DNA from: Lingula anatina
Lineage: Eukaryota > Animalia > Brachiopoda
Assembly: GCA_051362555.1 (NCBI GenBank)
Contig: CM120641.1
Location: 14,198,001 to 14,262,000, forward strand
Length of the DNA: 64,000 bases
Reading direction: 5' to 3'
Part shown: piece by piece, positions 51,401 through 63,994 of the stretch
Position numbering within the stretch: position 1 is the first letter of the stretch
Layout: every line of letters starts with the position of its first letter
Program-made: the position numbers and the translations under genes
Notes under the pieces: generated by a model
Seen by the model: only the letters and a program-made list of their open reading frames with translations
The model's database searches: none
Told to the model about the DNA's origin: nothing

Positions 51401-54400
51401 GGTTGAGCCCATGTGACTGTGCCATATTACTGACCCATGCAATGAACATGTACTCTTTTTGTGTTTGCTGACTTTGTGGATTTAATATTAAAGCAAAGAA
51501 AGAAGTGTGGAATGGGGCTTTTACCACACCCAGCACCATCTCAAAGCATGTATGGAATTTGCTTGCTCTTGGGGTTTATAGCTTGAGGACAAGTTTAATT
51601 AACATATGGCATATAAAAATATGGATATTAAGTCAATATTAGGTGATTAGCTTAGCATAATACAGAGTTTTTTTAACTGTTTTATTTCAAAATTTTGTCT
51701 GTTTTCCTGTCAGACCCCTTAGAGGTGACAAATGTGGGGCATTCATTCATGCGCTGCCTCTTGCATTTTTGCACTCAAACAGCCATTTGCCATAACAATA
51801 GTGTTTGTACAGTTTATAATACAAATAATGCAGAGTTATCTGATATGTTAAGTAAATTCAACCAAACGTTTTTCATTCACCCTGAACTGATAAACAGGGT
51901 CAAGAGACTGAAAAACTAATTTGGAACTTGTATACCTTCTTAATTTGAAGTTTTGTAAAAGCAATGTCTGAATGAATTATTTTGAAATGTTGTCTGTAGA
52001 AGCAAATGACTATGATATATTCATGATAAAAAAAGCAGATTACTGTGATAATTCAAGAATAAATGTTTTTAACTTTTTACAAATAGATATATATTCAATT
52101 TTTTTATTTTTATCTTTTAGCCAAAATGCCTGTGATAAAAAAGATAAGGGATGTAAGAGCAGCAGAGGGAGACCGTGTTCAAATTCGTTGCCAAGTGAGA
52201 GGCAGACCATTGCCTGAAATAACATGGTACAAGGATGGAGAGGTCATACGTAATAAAAAAGGACTAAAAGTACAGAATAAACGGTAAGTTATATCAGTAA
52301 AGAAATGGTATAAAACTTTAAATGCACTCAAATCAAGTAGAGGAATTGTAGCTGTGCATTTTGATAAAGTGCTTCGAGGAAAAAAATGTTTGGTTGACCA
52401 ACAACACCTCAACACTTGTCTTCCACATTTTTCCAAGTCTTTCCTTGGCCACAGAATGACACACACATTGCACACACACATCCATACAGCTGCTTCTAAC
52501 GCGCACCCCCATCTCACTCCTTAACTACATTGAAAACACTTTAAATGTAGTAAGCTAAACAAGAAATAACAAATCTTCAATCAGTTGCTTATGCTAAAAT
52601 TGACTGTAATGGTTAAAAGTGCCTCGACTTCTGCCTTCAGGAAATCTTGCACTGTCAGGCATTACAGAGCGATGTAGTTAGCTCGGCATGGTAGCAGCTA
52701 CGTGTGGAGCTTGCACCAACTTAATTAAAAATCATATCTTTTTTGGCTAGGTTTTATCCTGAAATCCCATGAGTTTCTTTACGTAGATACACAGTGGTGT
52801 GCTTTATAGGCATGAATTTTGATTCCTGCTTATCCCCTTCTTTGAGATTGGCCTGTAAGTGATCTACGGTATAAGTAATTCAAGGAGATATAGCATCTGA
52901 TATGCACTTTCGAGAACAAATTTTATGTGCCCTTTTGAAATTGTGGGAACTTTCCCTCAGTATCTTTTTTTTATTTTTAGAGAAATCCACAGGTAACTCA
53001 GAATTGAGAGTCATGAAAATGAGTCATGCCTGCCACCTTTTATTTTAGTTCAGTTAAGCTCATCAGACTTTTACCTCATAGTTTATTGGAAACAGGCATC
53101 ATTTGAATGAAACAGTTCAAATAACAACTTTTTAAAAATTATCCATTGACCAGTGCAAGTTATCTAGGTACATGCATCATAAGTTACTAGTGCGTAGTTG
53201 TTCAAAGAAAATGACCCTGGCGGTCATTTATTTTTGTTTTATTAAAACTTTGAGAAGTCAGGCATATAGTTAATAGGGGGCTATCCGGAGAAAATGTGAC
53301 ATTGCGGTCCCATTCAGACCCACCAGGCAAAGGGTGTGCAAGGAAATTTGAGGAAAAAATTGATTGGGGATGTAGAGAGCATTCTCTGAAATCCATAGCT
53401 TTTTTACTTCTTTGAATTTCATTTGTGATAGTGCTTGTTCAATTTACTGTTGATTGATGCTTGAGGCTTCAGTGTTGCTTGTTCCCCCAAAGCAGATTGA
53501 TTGATTGATTGCTGGACTTCACCTTACTAACATGCCTTTCCCAATGTTTGCTTAAATGTATGCATGGTTTTTTGCTTTATTGCCCTGTTTTCAAACTTTC
53601 CAGTGATGGCCTTGTCACATTTCCTACACCTTATTACTATCATAAACCAGTGAACCCATCCCTTATGTATGTTCTCTTTCAATTTCCGGGCCTCCATCCC
53701 ACCCATTCTCTCCCTACTCCAAAGGAAAAAGGTCAAAAAGGAAGAGAAAGGCTGACGTGGAAGGCTTTGTTATTTCAAAGAATGCTACATATTTCATGAT
53801 CTAATGTCCCTGTTTGACAGTAAAGGCAGAGCATGGAGCACCATTGTCCAAATTGGAAAAATAGGGATAAAGGAGCTGTCCGTTCCCATGGCCTGGTTCC
53901 CTTAAAAGCTTCCATACAAATAAGTGTACATGTCAGATCTATAGAATTGTATGAGAAATGATACTGAAATATTGGTTTAATATTTGGCATTATTAGCATC
54001 TCTAGTAGAATTTTGATGCTTAAGCATGAAATCTCATGTATAGATAGAAACAGAAGATTTTCTGTTCTTTTACTACTCATTAGCTTTTAGTTGTCCCACT
54101 TTTCACACCCAACTAGAATTATTTATATTGCCTAAGTTTGTGTAACAACTAGCACTTCCTCTATCTATCATTTAGTTGATCATGTAGTTTTTGTTCCTAT
54201 CTTCCAATCCCCTTTCCTTTGTAGGAATTTGACCTTGGTTTTGAAATCGAATGATACATCCAAGAACTCGGAAACTTCAGACTCTAGTTATGAGTTTGAA
54301 TTTGAGGATGATGAAAAAGTTGATAGCATTGATAATGGTGGTGCTGCTGCCATAGAGTAAGTCCACATGTCTGTCTTGTCTTCACTGTTATTCTTTTTGG

Positions 54401-57400
54401 CATGCATTTTACTTATAATATTCACCATTTATTTGGCACAGAATGGTATATTTGATTTTCTCTTTCACAGACACTTTTCTTTGTATTACATGCATGCATT
54501 TTTACTTTCTGTTATTATTTTTCATTTCTCGTCTTTTTAGTTGATATTTTACCTTGTACAATAAATTATACCCATGGCATGAGTAATACCTTACAACTAA
54601 CTATCACAATACAGAAAAGGAGAGGGATTTGCAATGTGTTTTAGCAGGCTTTTCAGGTAACCCAAGGGAAAGCAAAAAGACTACTTGCTGGGCTTTGGTT
54701 TCTTGTTTTGTAACATTTTACTTTTACCAATTATATCTGTCTTTTTAAATTCCTTTTTTATGTTATCTTCACAGCAAAACAAAAGTAAAATTCACTCAGA
54801 TACTGAGGATACGAAGCTTTAAAGGCGCTTATTCTGGAGTCTATACTTGTGAAGCCAAGAGCATAGTGGGGACAAGGACGAGGAGTTTCAACATATCAGC
54901 AGAACCTTCCTCAATCCGGGGTAATCCATCAGGCTCCCCTTCAGCACTGCTTCCAGGTGAGAGCACAAACACATAAGTACAGTTATTATAATTCAGTAGA
55001 TGCTTTCCATTCCTGAATTTCCAGTAAACATCATTGCTGATACAGATTTGGGGTTTAAGTTTCTCCAGAATTCTTCTGAAGTGAGTCCAAGATTGATCCT
55101 TAATATGCCAGGAGGCATATTTTGCCCACTGGCCACCTGTTTTTCAGGTATCTTATGCTGACGCTTAGGTCCATATTGGTCAAACTGGTCTTGCATGAAA
55201 TCCTCCTCCACTGACCACCCATTATACCTTTACAGTTGTTGCTCAATGATCATGTACTTCATTGTAGCATGTCCTGGAAGAAGAGTGAAATAAGAAACTC
55301 CTCCTTATGATTATGTTACAATTTCCTTAGGGTGAAGCATGTTTATTTTATTTATTTTTTTTTAAGTTCTCATCGGTGTGGGTGATGATTTTGATTGGTT
55401 ATTATAAGTAAGGCTTTGTGTCTAAATTTATGAGAATTTTATAAGAAACATATCATAATTCTACTAGTTCTTTATTAGATAGCATACTTGTTTTCACATC
55501 TTCCATGGAATGCAATTTTTTCATGGTGAAAAACAAAAATCACTGCTGGCATTTCAGTAATTGGCATTCCAACCATAAGAATAACCAATTAAAATAATAT
55601 CAGTCAGCATTGTGGATAAGATTACGACAAGAGCAGCCGTCACACCCGTAAAAGATGCCTCCAGTGGAAACAAAAAAAAAAGTTTTATAAAACAAATACA
55701 ATTGTTGGGGCATAACAAATAAAAAAACAGTCTGCTCATGCAGCAGTAATTACAAGTAATTTTCCAGCATGTTGCGTTTGTAGGAATGTGACCAATTGGT
55801 TCGATTCCTTTTTGCTGCAGCGGGACTTTGCAGGTTTGTCCTAGACAACCTTGGCTCTGCCCTGGGCAACCCAGCAGTGCATGACTGGCCGACTGAAATC
55901 AGCATATTCAGTGTGAACAGGACTGTACTGTTGAACAGGATGCTGACTGTAAAACAGTGGTCGGAAGAACTCAATTTCCTCAGGGGGTTGCGAATTATCA
56001 CTTGATTCCCTTAGAACATGCGATATTTTATAGTGAAAGAATAGACCAGAATAGAAAGCAGACTGTCAGGCAATTTCATAGCTCATTAAAGAAGGCTGGA
56101 CCCTTTAGGCAGAGTATCGTGTTCTTGAAGGGTTGCAGGATAGGTATGCTATTGAAAGATGATGCTAAGTCAACCAGAGCGTTGCAGCTTGCTTGCCCTG
56201 CTGTTCCTCATGTCTTGACAGAGATAGATTGCCAGATAAAGTTTCTCTTTCTTAAATGTTAAATGCTTTATAATTAGGTGATAATCAGCAGTGAACACGC
56301 AAAGAAATGGAATCATTTTTACATTTAAAAATATACTCACATTTTGAATACCCAATTTCCTGTGGGTAAGTGGGCCTTGGAAAAGATTTACAGATGAATT
56401 AAAGATTTTTATGAAACCAAGACGAATACAATTTGTGATAAGAGGGAGACTTGACTAGGAGGTTATTTCTAAATTCTGTCTTTGAAATAAGTCCAAAAGT
56501 AAGAAAATAACTGCACAGACTACAGGCAGCTCGTAGTAAAATCTTCAGTCTAGTTGTAACTGGTGATGTTGACTATGTTTGACATATTCTCATCCTCCCA
56601 GCCTTTGAGCAGCTCGCTGGTGACCTGTGTGGTTTCTGAAGGGTCACCAGGTACATGTTATTTTTGCACTTGACATCTCTTACAAAGGTTTAATCCAATT
56701 TTTTCATTGACAAAATGAAGGATTTTTTGCCCAAAAAATTAATTTATTGAAATATTGTTAATATTATTTTAAAAACTTACTATTGTTATTATTGATTCAT
56801 TTTCATGAAAATAAATTTTATTTTTGGCAGTCGTGATTTCTGAAGAATGTATCATGATCATAATTTTTAAGTTGAAAGAAAGTTGTGTATAATGTGTAAG
56901 GTGTCGTGTTACATGTCCAGTGACCTGGACCACAGCAGCAGACTGGTTTAGACATAGCCAGTGGGCAGAGCCCTGACCTGTCTCTACACTGACATGATAA
57001 TAACACCTCCGCCTTGATCTTGTCTTTGATGTCACCTAGCCTGCAACATGATGATGTAGGAACATGGCTATCGGAGTGATGATTATGCTGCTTGAATAAA
57101 CTGGGGAGAATACAGCAGAAAGGAGTTGATTAAAGGGGCATACTTTTCTTTCTTTCTTGTTGTTATTATTTGCCACTTTGATGTTGATAATTGGGGTGTT
57201 GGTGTCATGTTGTCTTCACATTTTGTTTGTGTCTTATAAAGATTTTAAAAATGTGTCCTTTCTCTTGTTTTCTTGTTAGATAAAATCAAAATCTCCAGAT
57301 TAACACCATAGCAGGGTCTCCTCCTAGGAGGAGTACATACATACCTGAAGTGCATGATTTTTTACTACAGTGATTTTCAGTTGATGACTTCAGTGCATCT

Positions 57401-60400
57401 CACTAAAGTTGGCTGTTAAGAAGAAAATGCTTTTCAGTTTTTCTTTATTTCATGATGCAGTGCTAGATTGTTAATGACTTTATATGCAAATAAGACCTGG
57501 GAAAATATTTATAAATTGCATTTCTGTATTTGGTAGAAAATGTGTATCCAAGTAGAACCAAATTATGAATCTGATTTAGCCTTGATCATAATGTAATGGC
57601 TACTGATGGTAATCCATTATAATTTCAGTGTCTTTGGGTTTCAGTAAGTTTTTTTTTTTTTTTTTTTTTTTTTTGACGGAACTCCCCAGGCACTGGTTGT
57701 TGTGTGTATGCAACAGTTGACATTTCACTACCTAATTCAGCAAATACCCTATGGAAGACACTTCCTTCTTTTACCTAAACCTGGGAAACATAGAACAGGA
57801 AATTGCAGACAAGAGCAAGTAGGATAGAGGCTTTACTGGTGGTATCCTCTTAAAGTGTATTCCAGTGGCTCCCAAATCTCCCCAAAGTCCACTATTTTGT
57901 GAATGGGCAGGCAAATTTCAAAGAGTGTACAGCCATTGTTTAAATGAGAATTATATACCTTAAGAGATTTGTACCATTGATAGTATTTTTCTATAAAATT
58001 GCAAAAAATCTCCTTAAGATTAAGATTAAATTGGTATCACTATAAGGTTTTTTGGTGGGGAAGAGAAAAAAAGGGAATTGTTTTCATTTCAAAATGTCTC
58101 CACTCTTTTTTGGCACAGAGTGGGGGTCATCAGGAGAAATCTGTGTTAAAGCTTCCAAATGGGTGAATATAAAAAAACTTCCAAGTTTGAAAGACTCTTT
58201 CAGTGCCTGTGTGCTTGTTAGCATCTTGCCTAGATGGGGTCAGTCAACAGTTGCTGCTGTGAGGACAAGCAGATTGAGATCCAGAAAAGTTAAAGTCAAA
58301 TGAACGATAGTTTTAATCGGTTGTGAAAGCAACTGGTGCTTGTTAGGTAGTAGGAAGAAGTTCCCAGTCAATTTTTCCTGCCACCTTTTGAACCAGGGAA
58401 CTCCTGCTTCGAGTAACAAATGGAGAGTTCCTGTTCACTAACTGCTGATCACACGTTTGACAGGAAGTTCTGTGGGGACTGAATGACTTTAGAGGCGAAT
58501 TTGTTGGTGGCACACTCCGAATCTATTTCTCCTGCAATGTTTTCTGTTTTCCATTCTTCATTTTATATCATGTTACAAACAATAGGCATGTGTATGGAGA
58601 AGGGGTGTTTTGGGGATAAAAGTAAATGCCTTAGAAGTTTAGAATTTACTAAAAAAATTTTTACTTTTGAAGGATGTAATTTAAAGAATGTCTTCTTTGA
58701 GGTTGGATTAATCTAACAGACTGGTGGCTGAGTAATGTATAGCCTGTCTGTTTTAACTTGAAGCTAGTCTGGTCTTTGATGCTCCAGTGTACAGATAACA
58801 GATAATATGAAACATGACTGTTTGACGTCAAAAGCCAAAACTAGATACTTTTGTACAGAACAAAAAGAGTAGAAAGTCAAAGGAATAGTTGTAGTCCCCA
58901 TAGCAAAAAAAAAAAAAGAGAGAGAGAGAGAGAAAGAAAAGAATGCTAGAAGTTGTTACCTCTTAGCATGTTTACAATGTCTTGCTCATTTTATTTTTTC
59001 TTTTTATCAAGGGTTCCAACTAGACGAAGCAGCATTTTATTTAACTCTTTTTCATTTATTTTGACAGAATTTCTTCTCTCTTTTTACAGGCACTACAACG
59101 CCATCTCAACATATTAGAAATTGTCCATCAGTGGAAGCACAAAAATATTGTTTTAATGGAGGAACATGCTTTATTCTCCCTATACAACCCAATGAGTGGC
59201 ATTGTATGTAAGTATCTCCTTCACAAAATACACACTTGTGAAAATAGTAAATAACATTGGATTACAGTTATCAACCCTATGTGTTAAATTTACATGTAGT
59301 CCGTAACTTTTGTAAATTGCACATGAATACCAATTCACTATTTTTGATGTAAAAAAAAAAGAGTAATGTAGAAACTGCTGAATACTGACAAATTAAATAT
59401 TTGAAGATTTAGAGATGGACCGATATTTTTTCATAAAATTTCTGTTTATAAAGTGTAGGCTGCTTGCATGCATACACACACACACACAAGCACTCAAACT
59501 TTTCTTTGAATATGTGGCCAAATTATAAGATTGATATCATAGAGCATAGAGTGGATGAAGATTTATCTTAATTAGGCACTAACCCTGTGAGCTTGGCAGC
59601 ATGCTGAGCTGAGCAGGTGGTGTGAATGACAGAGATAGTTGAGGAGTGCATGTTGGATGCACCCTGCATGTCAGAGAACCAGTGGCAACATGAATCTGAG
59701 TGCTCTCTGGTGAAGGGAAGCCTGTGCTGTTAAAAGTTTCAAGTCACCACAGGTACTCTGACACCCAGGGTTGTTAATGGGGCATGAAGGATAAAAAAAC
59801 TTAACTGAAATTAGTGGTGAAAAATAAGGAAGTTTGTTGCTTTGGTGTTCAGATAGCAATAACCTAAGCATATTCTGATGACTGTTTGTCAGCGTTAGAA
59901 TCAAATCAATCAACAGTCCGATGAGCTGATAGGTTTGTAATGTGAAAAGCATTTCAAAAGTTCCCTTGCTTGTGTGCTTTGCAACTATACGTCTGGCATA
60001 TTCAGTCTACATCTCAGGCCTAGATGTCCATAGCATAAGAACAGGAAAAAAGTGGGGTGGGAGGGGGGTTCTTGATTGCTTACATTGCTCCACCAGCCTA
60101 TAATAATGATGCAAACAGTTATAGCATGTAGCTGTAGTGATTTATAGCTTACTGACAATGTGAATTAATTTATATTGGTAATGATGAGGAATAACCTTGT
60201 CTCTAGAAATGGACTAGCTAAGAAGATAATTCATCTGATGTGAACGATTGCTACTAGGTGGAGTGGTGTTGTATTTAAAATTAAAATGCATATTAGTACA
60301 TAATAGTACAGATTAAATTTAACTTAGTACACAAATATTCATATATATTGTGCATGTAACTAACTTACTACTGTTGTGCAGATAACACTGCAAGTTTCAT

Positions 60401-61534
60401 GTACAATTTCGACTAATCTTAACAATGATTATAACATTGGTATTGGGTTTATAATAATAGTTGGACTGCACTAAGATTTTCTACTTGGTGTCTGTTGTTA
60501 TAGGTGCCCTATCAATTGGAAGGGCAAACGATGCGAAACTTACCATCACACAGCTGGAAAACCAGTTTATTCTCAGCCATCGAGTATGTATAAAAACAAA
60601 CATAGTCGTTGTCATCTGTGCACATTCATTTTCACTAGCATTACCAAAGATCTTAAAGCATGGCATGGTTTTGTGGTATTAATGTTTATTTTGTTATTAT
60701 TTGTTTATCTTTTGGTTTATTGTATGATTTTGAAAATTATTGGTGACTAATCATTATTGCATGTAGTTTTCAAGTTATTCCTTCCCCCTCATGCACTCAT
60801 AAGCCAGAAGACATCAGCTTGCTCAGTTTGCATGGAGAGTCAACTTTATTTCTGTTTTTTATTTTGGGAATTATTTTATTTTGGTTCATAAGGAATTTTC
60901 GTGCAATCCTTTTTATTATTATTTTTTTTAACGTCAGTTTGAGGTACTTTTTAAGATTAAGACCCCTATTTTGTTACCCCAGTGCACCCTTTTCTTTTGA
61001 AGTTTCTTTATTAATGATAATTATGGAGTAGTTTGAGAATTATTAGTATTGTCCAGTGCACTTTCCTTGTTATCCCTGTCCCCTGATATATATGTAGTAG
61101 AAAAAAACTAACATGCATGTGCTAAGTGCATATGTCAACTCATTTTCATATCCTCAATTAGAATGATTATTTGCCTTTAAATTTTATAAAGAGACATAAA
61201 AAGGAATAAAACTGTAATGAATACCTGCAATATGTGAGGTCATAGATATTATGATTAAGGCTTAATGCCAGTACATGTCTTGCTTTAAGATCATTGTTTT
61301 CGCATAGTGATAATGATAGTCTTTTATGATGTTTTTTCCCCAGACCAACCAGCTAACCAACTGCTGCTGCTGCTAATACGACCTTATGCTTCTTCTGTTT
61401 GTGTGTGTTGAACAGTATTGAGTAGTTGCTAAACTTTCCATTTATTTTGTTAAATTTCAATAGGTGCCCACAAGTTTTCGCTGGAAAGCGGTGCGAACTA
61501 TCAGTTCCAGGGACAGGGTCAGTCGTGACCAAGA
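45468..61534 (+). CDS. NRG2: Neuregulin/vein-like EGF-family ligand (signal peptide, NRG2/GGF2-type N-terminal domain, Ig, EGF); 3' end probably beyond the window
   Basis: Exons 45468-45885 (MAWTPLLQYIALGLIFCTQILLSKA signal; ...AFFAKYVFVGRV...EKYIVFL...GILCKRC), 52121-52283 (Ig: VQIRCQVRGRPLPEITWYKDG), 54775-54956 (YSGVYTCEAKS), 59090-59207 (EGF: CPSVEAQKYCFNGGTCFILPIQPNEWHC), then either 60504-60583 or 61464-61534 (C...GKRC). Architecture and intron positions match vertebrate NRG1 type II/NRG2 as I recall them. The symbol indicates closest similarity, not 1:1 orthology. No confident TM exon seen. Confidence 0.85.
54225..54356 (+). CDS. Candidate in-frame acidic cassette exon (44 codons) within the Ig domain of the neuregulin-like gene
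   Basis: Acceptor cctttcctttgtag, donor GA|gtaagt, 132 nt, phase 2/2, open: NLTLVLKSNDTSKNSETSDSSYEFEFEDDEKVDSIDNGGAAAID. Confidence 0.65.
60504..60583 (+). CDS. EGF C-loop alternative exon A (CPINWKGKRCETYHHTAGKPVYSQPS)
   Basis: ttgttatag acceptor, A|gtatgt donor, phase 2 to 1; supplies Cys5, Cys6 and the GxRC motif. Confidence 0.8.
61464..61534 (+). CDS. EGF C-loop alternative exon B (CPQVFAGKRCELSVPGTGSVVTK)
   Basis: tttcaatag acceptor, A|gtatgt donor, phase 2 to 1; paralogous to exon A. Confidence 0.8.
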
Positions 61535-62222
61535 GTATGTATCCATACAGCATGACATATTTGTAGATGGCACCACTTGCATGCTTTCCCAACACAACCA
61601 CCATATGATCAAATTATGCTCTGTACTATGATTTTCTTTTCAATTTTAATATTTATTTGCTTAGTTCATGCAGTATAGAATACTTTCTTTCTCCCCACCA
61701 AAACAAAGTGTCAGTATTCCAAAGGATCTTTCAGTGCAAAATTTTTGAAACATTTGTCAAAAGAAATTTGAACTCCATTGGAATATTGGACTATCTATCT
61801 ATGACATACATCATAACAATATTATTTTAAGAAGGGATTCAACTCCAATCTTTTACTTGTCTTGCCAACCCTCCCCCCATATTTTAGTCCCATTCTCTGT
61901 TTTCTTTCTTTATATAGATAAGCCATTTTAGTAGTGTATAACTTTTATTTATTTTATTATTATAATTTTCTTTATTTAATTTTATTTTTTGCATGGTTTA
62001 TTTTACTGGTCTTCTTTTTATTTACAATGAATTTATTATTACAGATACATTGCATGCTTCCTGTACCAGGGAATCCCCATCACTCTTGGAATGCAATTTT
62101 TTCTTCTATTTTGAGTTGTTTCTTTCATTGAAAGTGGATATTGCACTTAGTCATATACACAGTTTAAATGGTATTTTCGGCTGCTTTTTAATTTGATGCA
62201 TTTTACCAAAAAAAAAAAAAAA

Positions 62223-62703
62223 GGCTATTTACCCTATTCACACTGGCAGTTTCGACCGCAGTTAAGGCCTAATCGAGGTCCTATTGGGGTTTTACTTTTC
62301 TAATGTGAACACACAACATACCCCTCACCGCATTCCAAATAACCCCAGATAAGGACTAGGGTTAAATCGGAGTTAACTTTGATTCGCTGTCAAATTTGAA
62401 ACCCATGCACACAAGCAGGCAATTAATTTCGCGGGAAATTCTGATGGTGCTGACACTGATTGTACTTATACATATATATCTAGCATTTAATAATGGGCTG
62501 CAGTAAAGGAGTATTTTGGCCTGTGGAGGCTATCAAGTCCTGCTCTGCATATGGTCTGTGAGCGAAATACAAAAATGTTGGAGGAGAGTGCCAAAAACAA
62601 AATATTATTCTGTTTCTAATGAGATCAGTTATGTGCATGCTTATTCAAGCGTGATTCAATTGGAGTTGAGTCAACTGCGGTTTACTTGCTAGTGTGAATA
62701 GCC
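62223..62703. mobile_element. Degenerate PIF/Harbinger-like MITE
   Basis: Left end GGCTATT(tacccta)TTCACACTGGCA...ACCGCAGTT; right end AACTGCGGT...TGCTAGTGTGAATAGCC followed by TTA. The left TSD is obscured by a poly-A run. Confidence 0.5.
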
Positions 62704-63928
62704 TTATTGAGTTTTAAATACCTATAAAACAGATAGGTAAAAGTGGACTGTGGCAAAAGAAAACTCTCAGCTGTTGTTTGTTTACAGCGCATAGACTAAA
62801 TCTTGCACTGTATTTGGCACCAGAGCTTCTTAAATGTACATCATTTGAAAAGGCAGCCTGTAGTTTATTTACACCAACTGTCCCAGTGATATCAAATACA
62901 AAGTCCTCCTGCAGCCGTCCCTGTGGTCTAAAAGCAGTATGTTACACAGTTTAAAGGCCCAGTATACTGCAGTGTATGTTTCAAGGAATGGAGATGGGTT
63001 GTTTTACAATATTATCCATGTGCAAATGTGTAGGCTCCTGCCTCACTCACACTGCAGGGGAGCCACTGTTCCAGTGTGTATGCTCAAGTATAGATGGTAA
63101 CAGAGGTGGCCCAGGGTTTATGGAAACATTTCTGTCAGTCATGTTGTGATCCAGAACGTTTGACTCTATAAACAGTCTAGATTTCTTGATGGGATTTTGC
63201 ATGAAAAAGTCCAAAAAGAAATTTTTCACAAATTGAATGGGGAAGAGGAATAGTTTGAGAAAATTTTTTTTCTGTATGGCACTTTGTTGCTGTTGACTTT
63301 GGACTTTTTTTTTCTTTTGGAAGGATCTCTTCAGAAAAACAACTTTTTTTGCATTCCAAAAAGACCAGAATACTTAACGTATACTTGACACTTACACTTT
63401 TGAATAGGGAATTATTTGCACGAAGGAAATATTTTTCTGTTGCAAGGATGAAACTGAAAGGTTACAATTTGAGTTACCAAATTTGTAAAAAAAAAACAGA
63501 TAAGCCACCACTGTCTCCATTAGATACTTTTGCCATATGTACATCATGAAATGGGTGCTAAATGCACACCTATACTGTATACTTTGCTGCATGATGCTAT
63601 GCAAAATATGATAAGTGTACTCAATATATTGCTCTCATTGTACTTTTCAAGATTGGTTTCATTGTCTTTGAAACATCAAAGATCCCATTTGAAATGTTTC
63701 ACTCATGTAATGTGGTGTGTTTATAGTCTGTACACAAAGTAATTATGCCAGATATACAACACAGAGCAAAGGGTACTTCTAGGTCATTTTACAACTAGTT
63801 GTAGCCCATTTCATGTTTCTGTGGCTTCAAATTAGAATGTATTATTTTTTTGACCTGAAAGCGGCAGGGCACCAGAAGTGCACAGACCTAATTGCAGCTA
63901 TTTGGGCTTAATGTTTTCCGTTTCACAG

Positions 63929-63994
63929 GGGAAGTTTTACAAAATGTCTCTCCAAACCTGATGCAGTTGATCCAGGCAACACCACATTGCAAGG
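63929..63994 (+). CDS. Possible further exon of the neuregulin-like gene (juxtamembrane stalk?)
   Basis: ttttccgtttcacag acceptor, G|gtattg donor, 66 nt, open in phase 1 (REVLQNVSPNLMQLIQATPHCK). It is also open in a second frame, so the assignment is ambiguous. Confidence 0.3.

Noticed and set aside
57280-57311. Possible alternative terminal exon of the neuregulin gene (DKIKISRLTP*) giving an EGF-less form
   Set aside because: Only an acceptor-like sequence supports it, with no recognisable coding signal; indistinguishable from chance.
20940-59207. Functional enzyme-substrate link between the fucosyltransferase and the neighbouring EGF O-fucose site
   Set aside because: EGF repeats are modified by POFUT1 (GT65), whereas FUT10/11 are reported to act on EMI domains; adjacency is not evidence of a pathway.
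61344-61411. Acceptor ttttttccccag between EGF exons A and B (NQPANQLLLLLIRP…)
   Set aside because: No convincing donor, low-complexity CTG repeat and an early stop; insufficient support.
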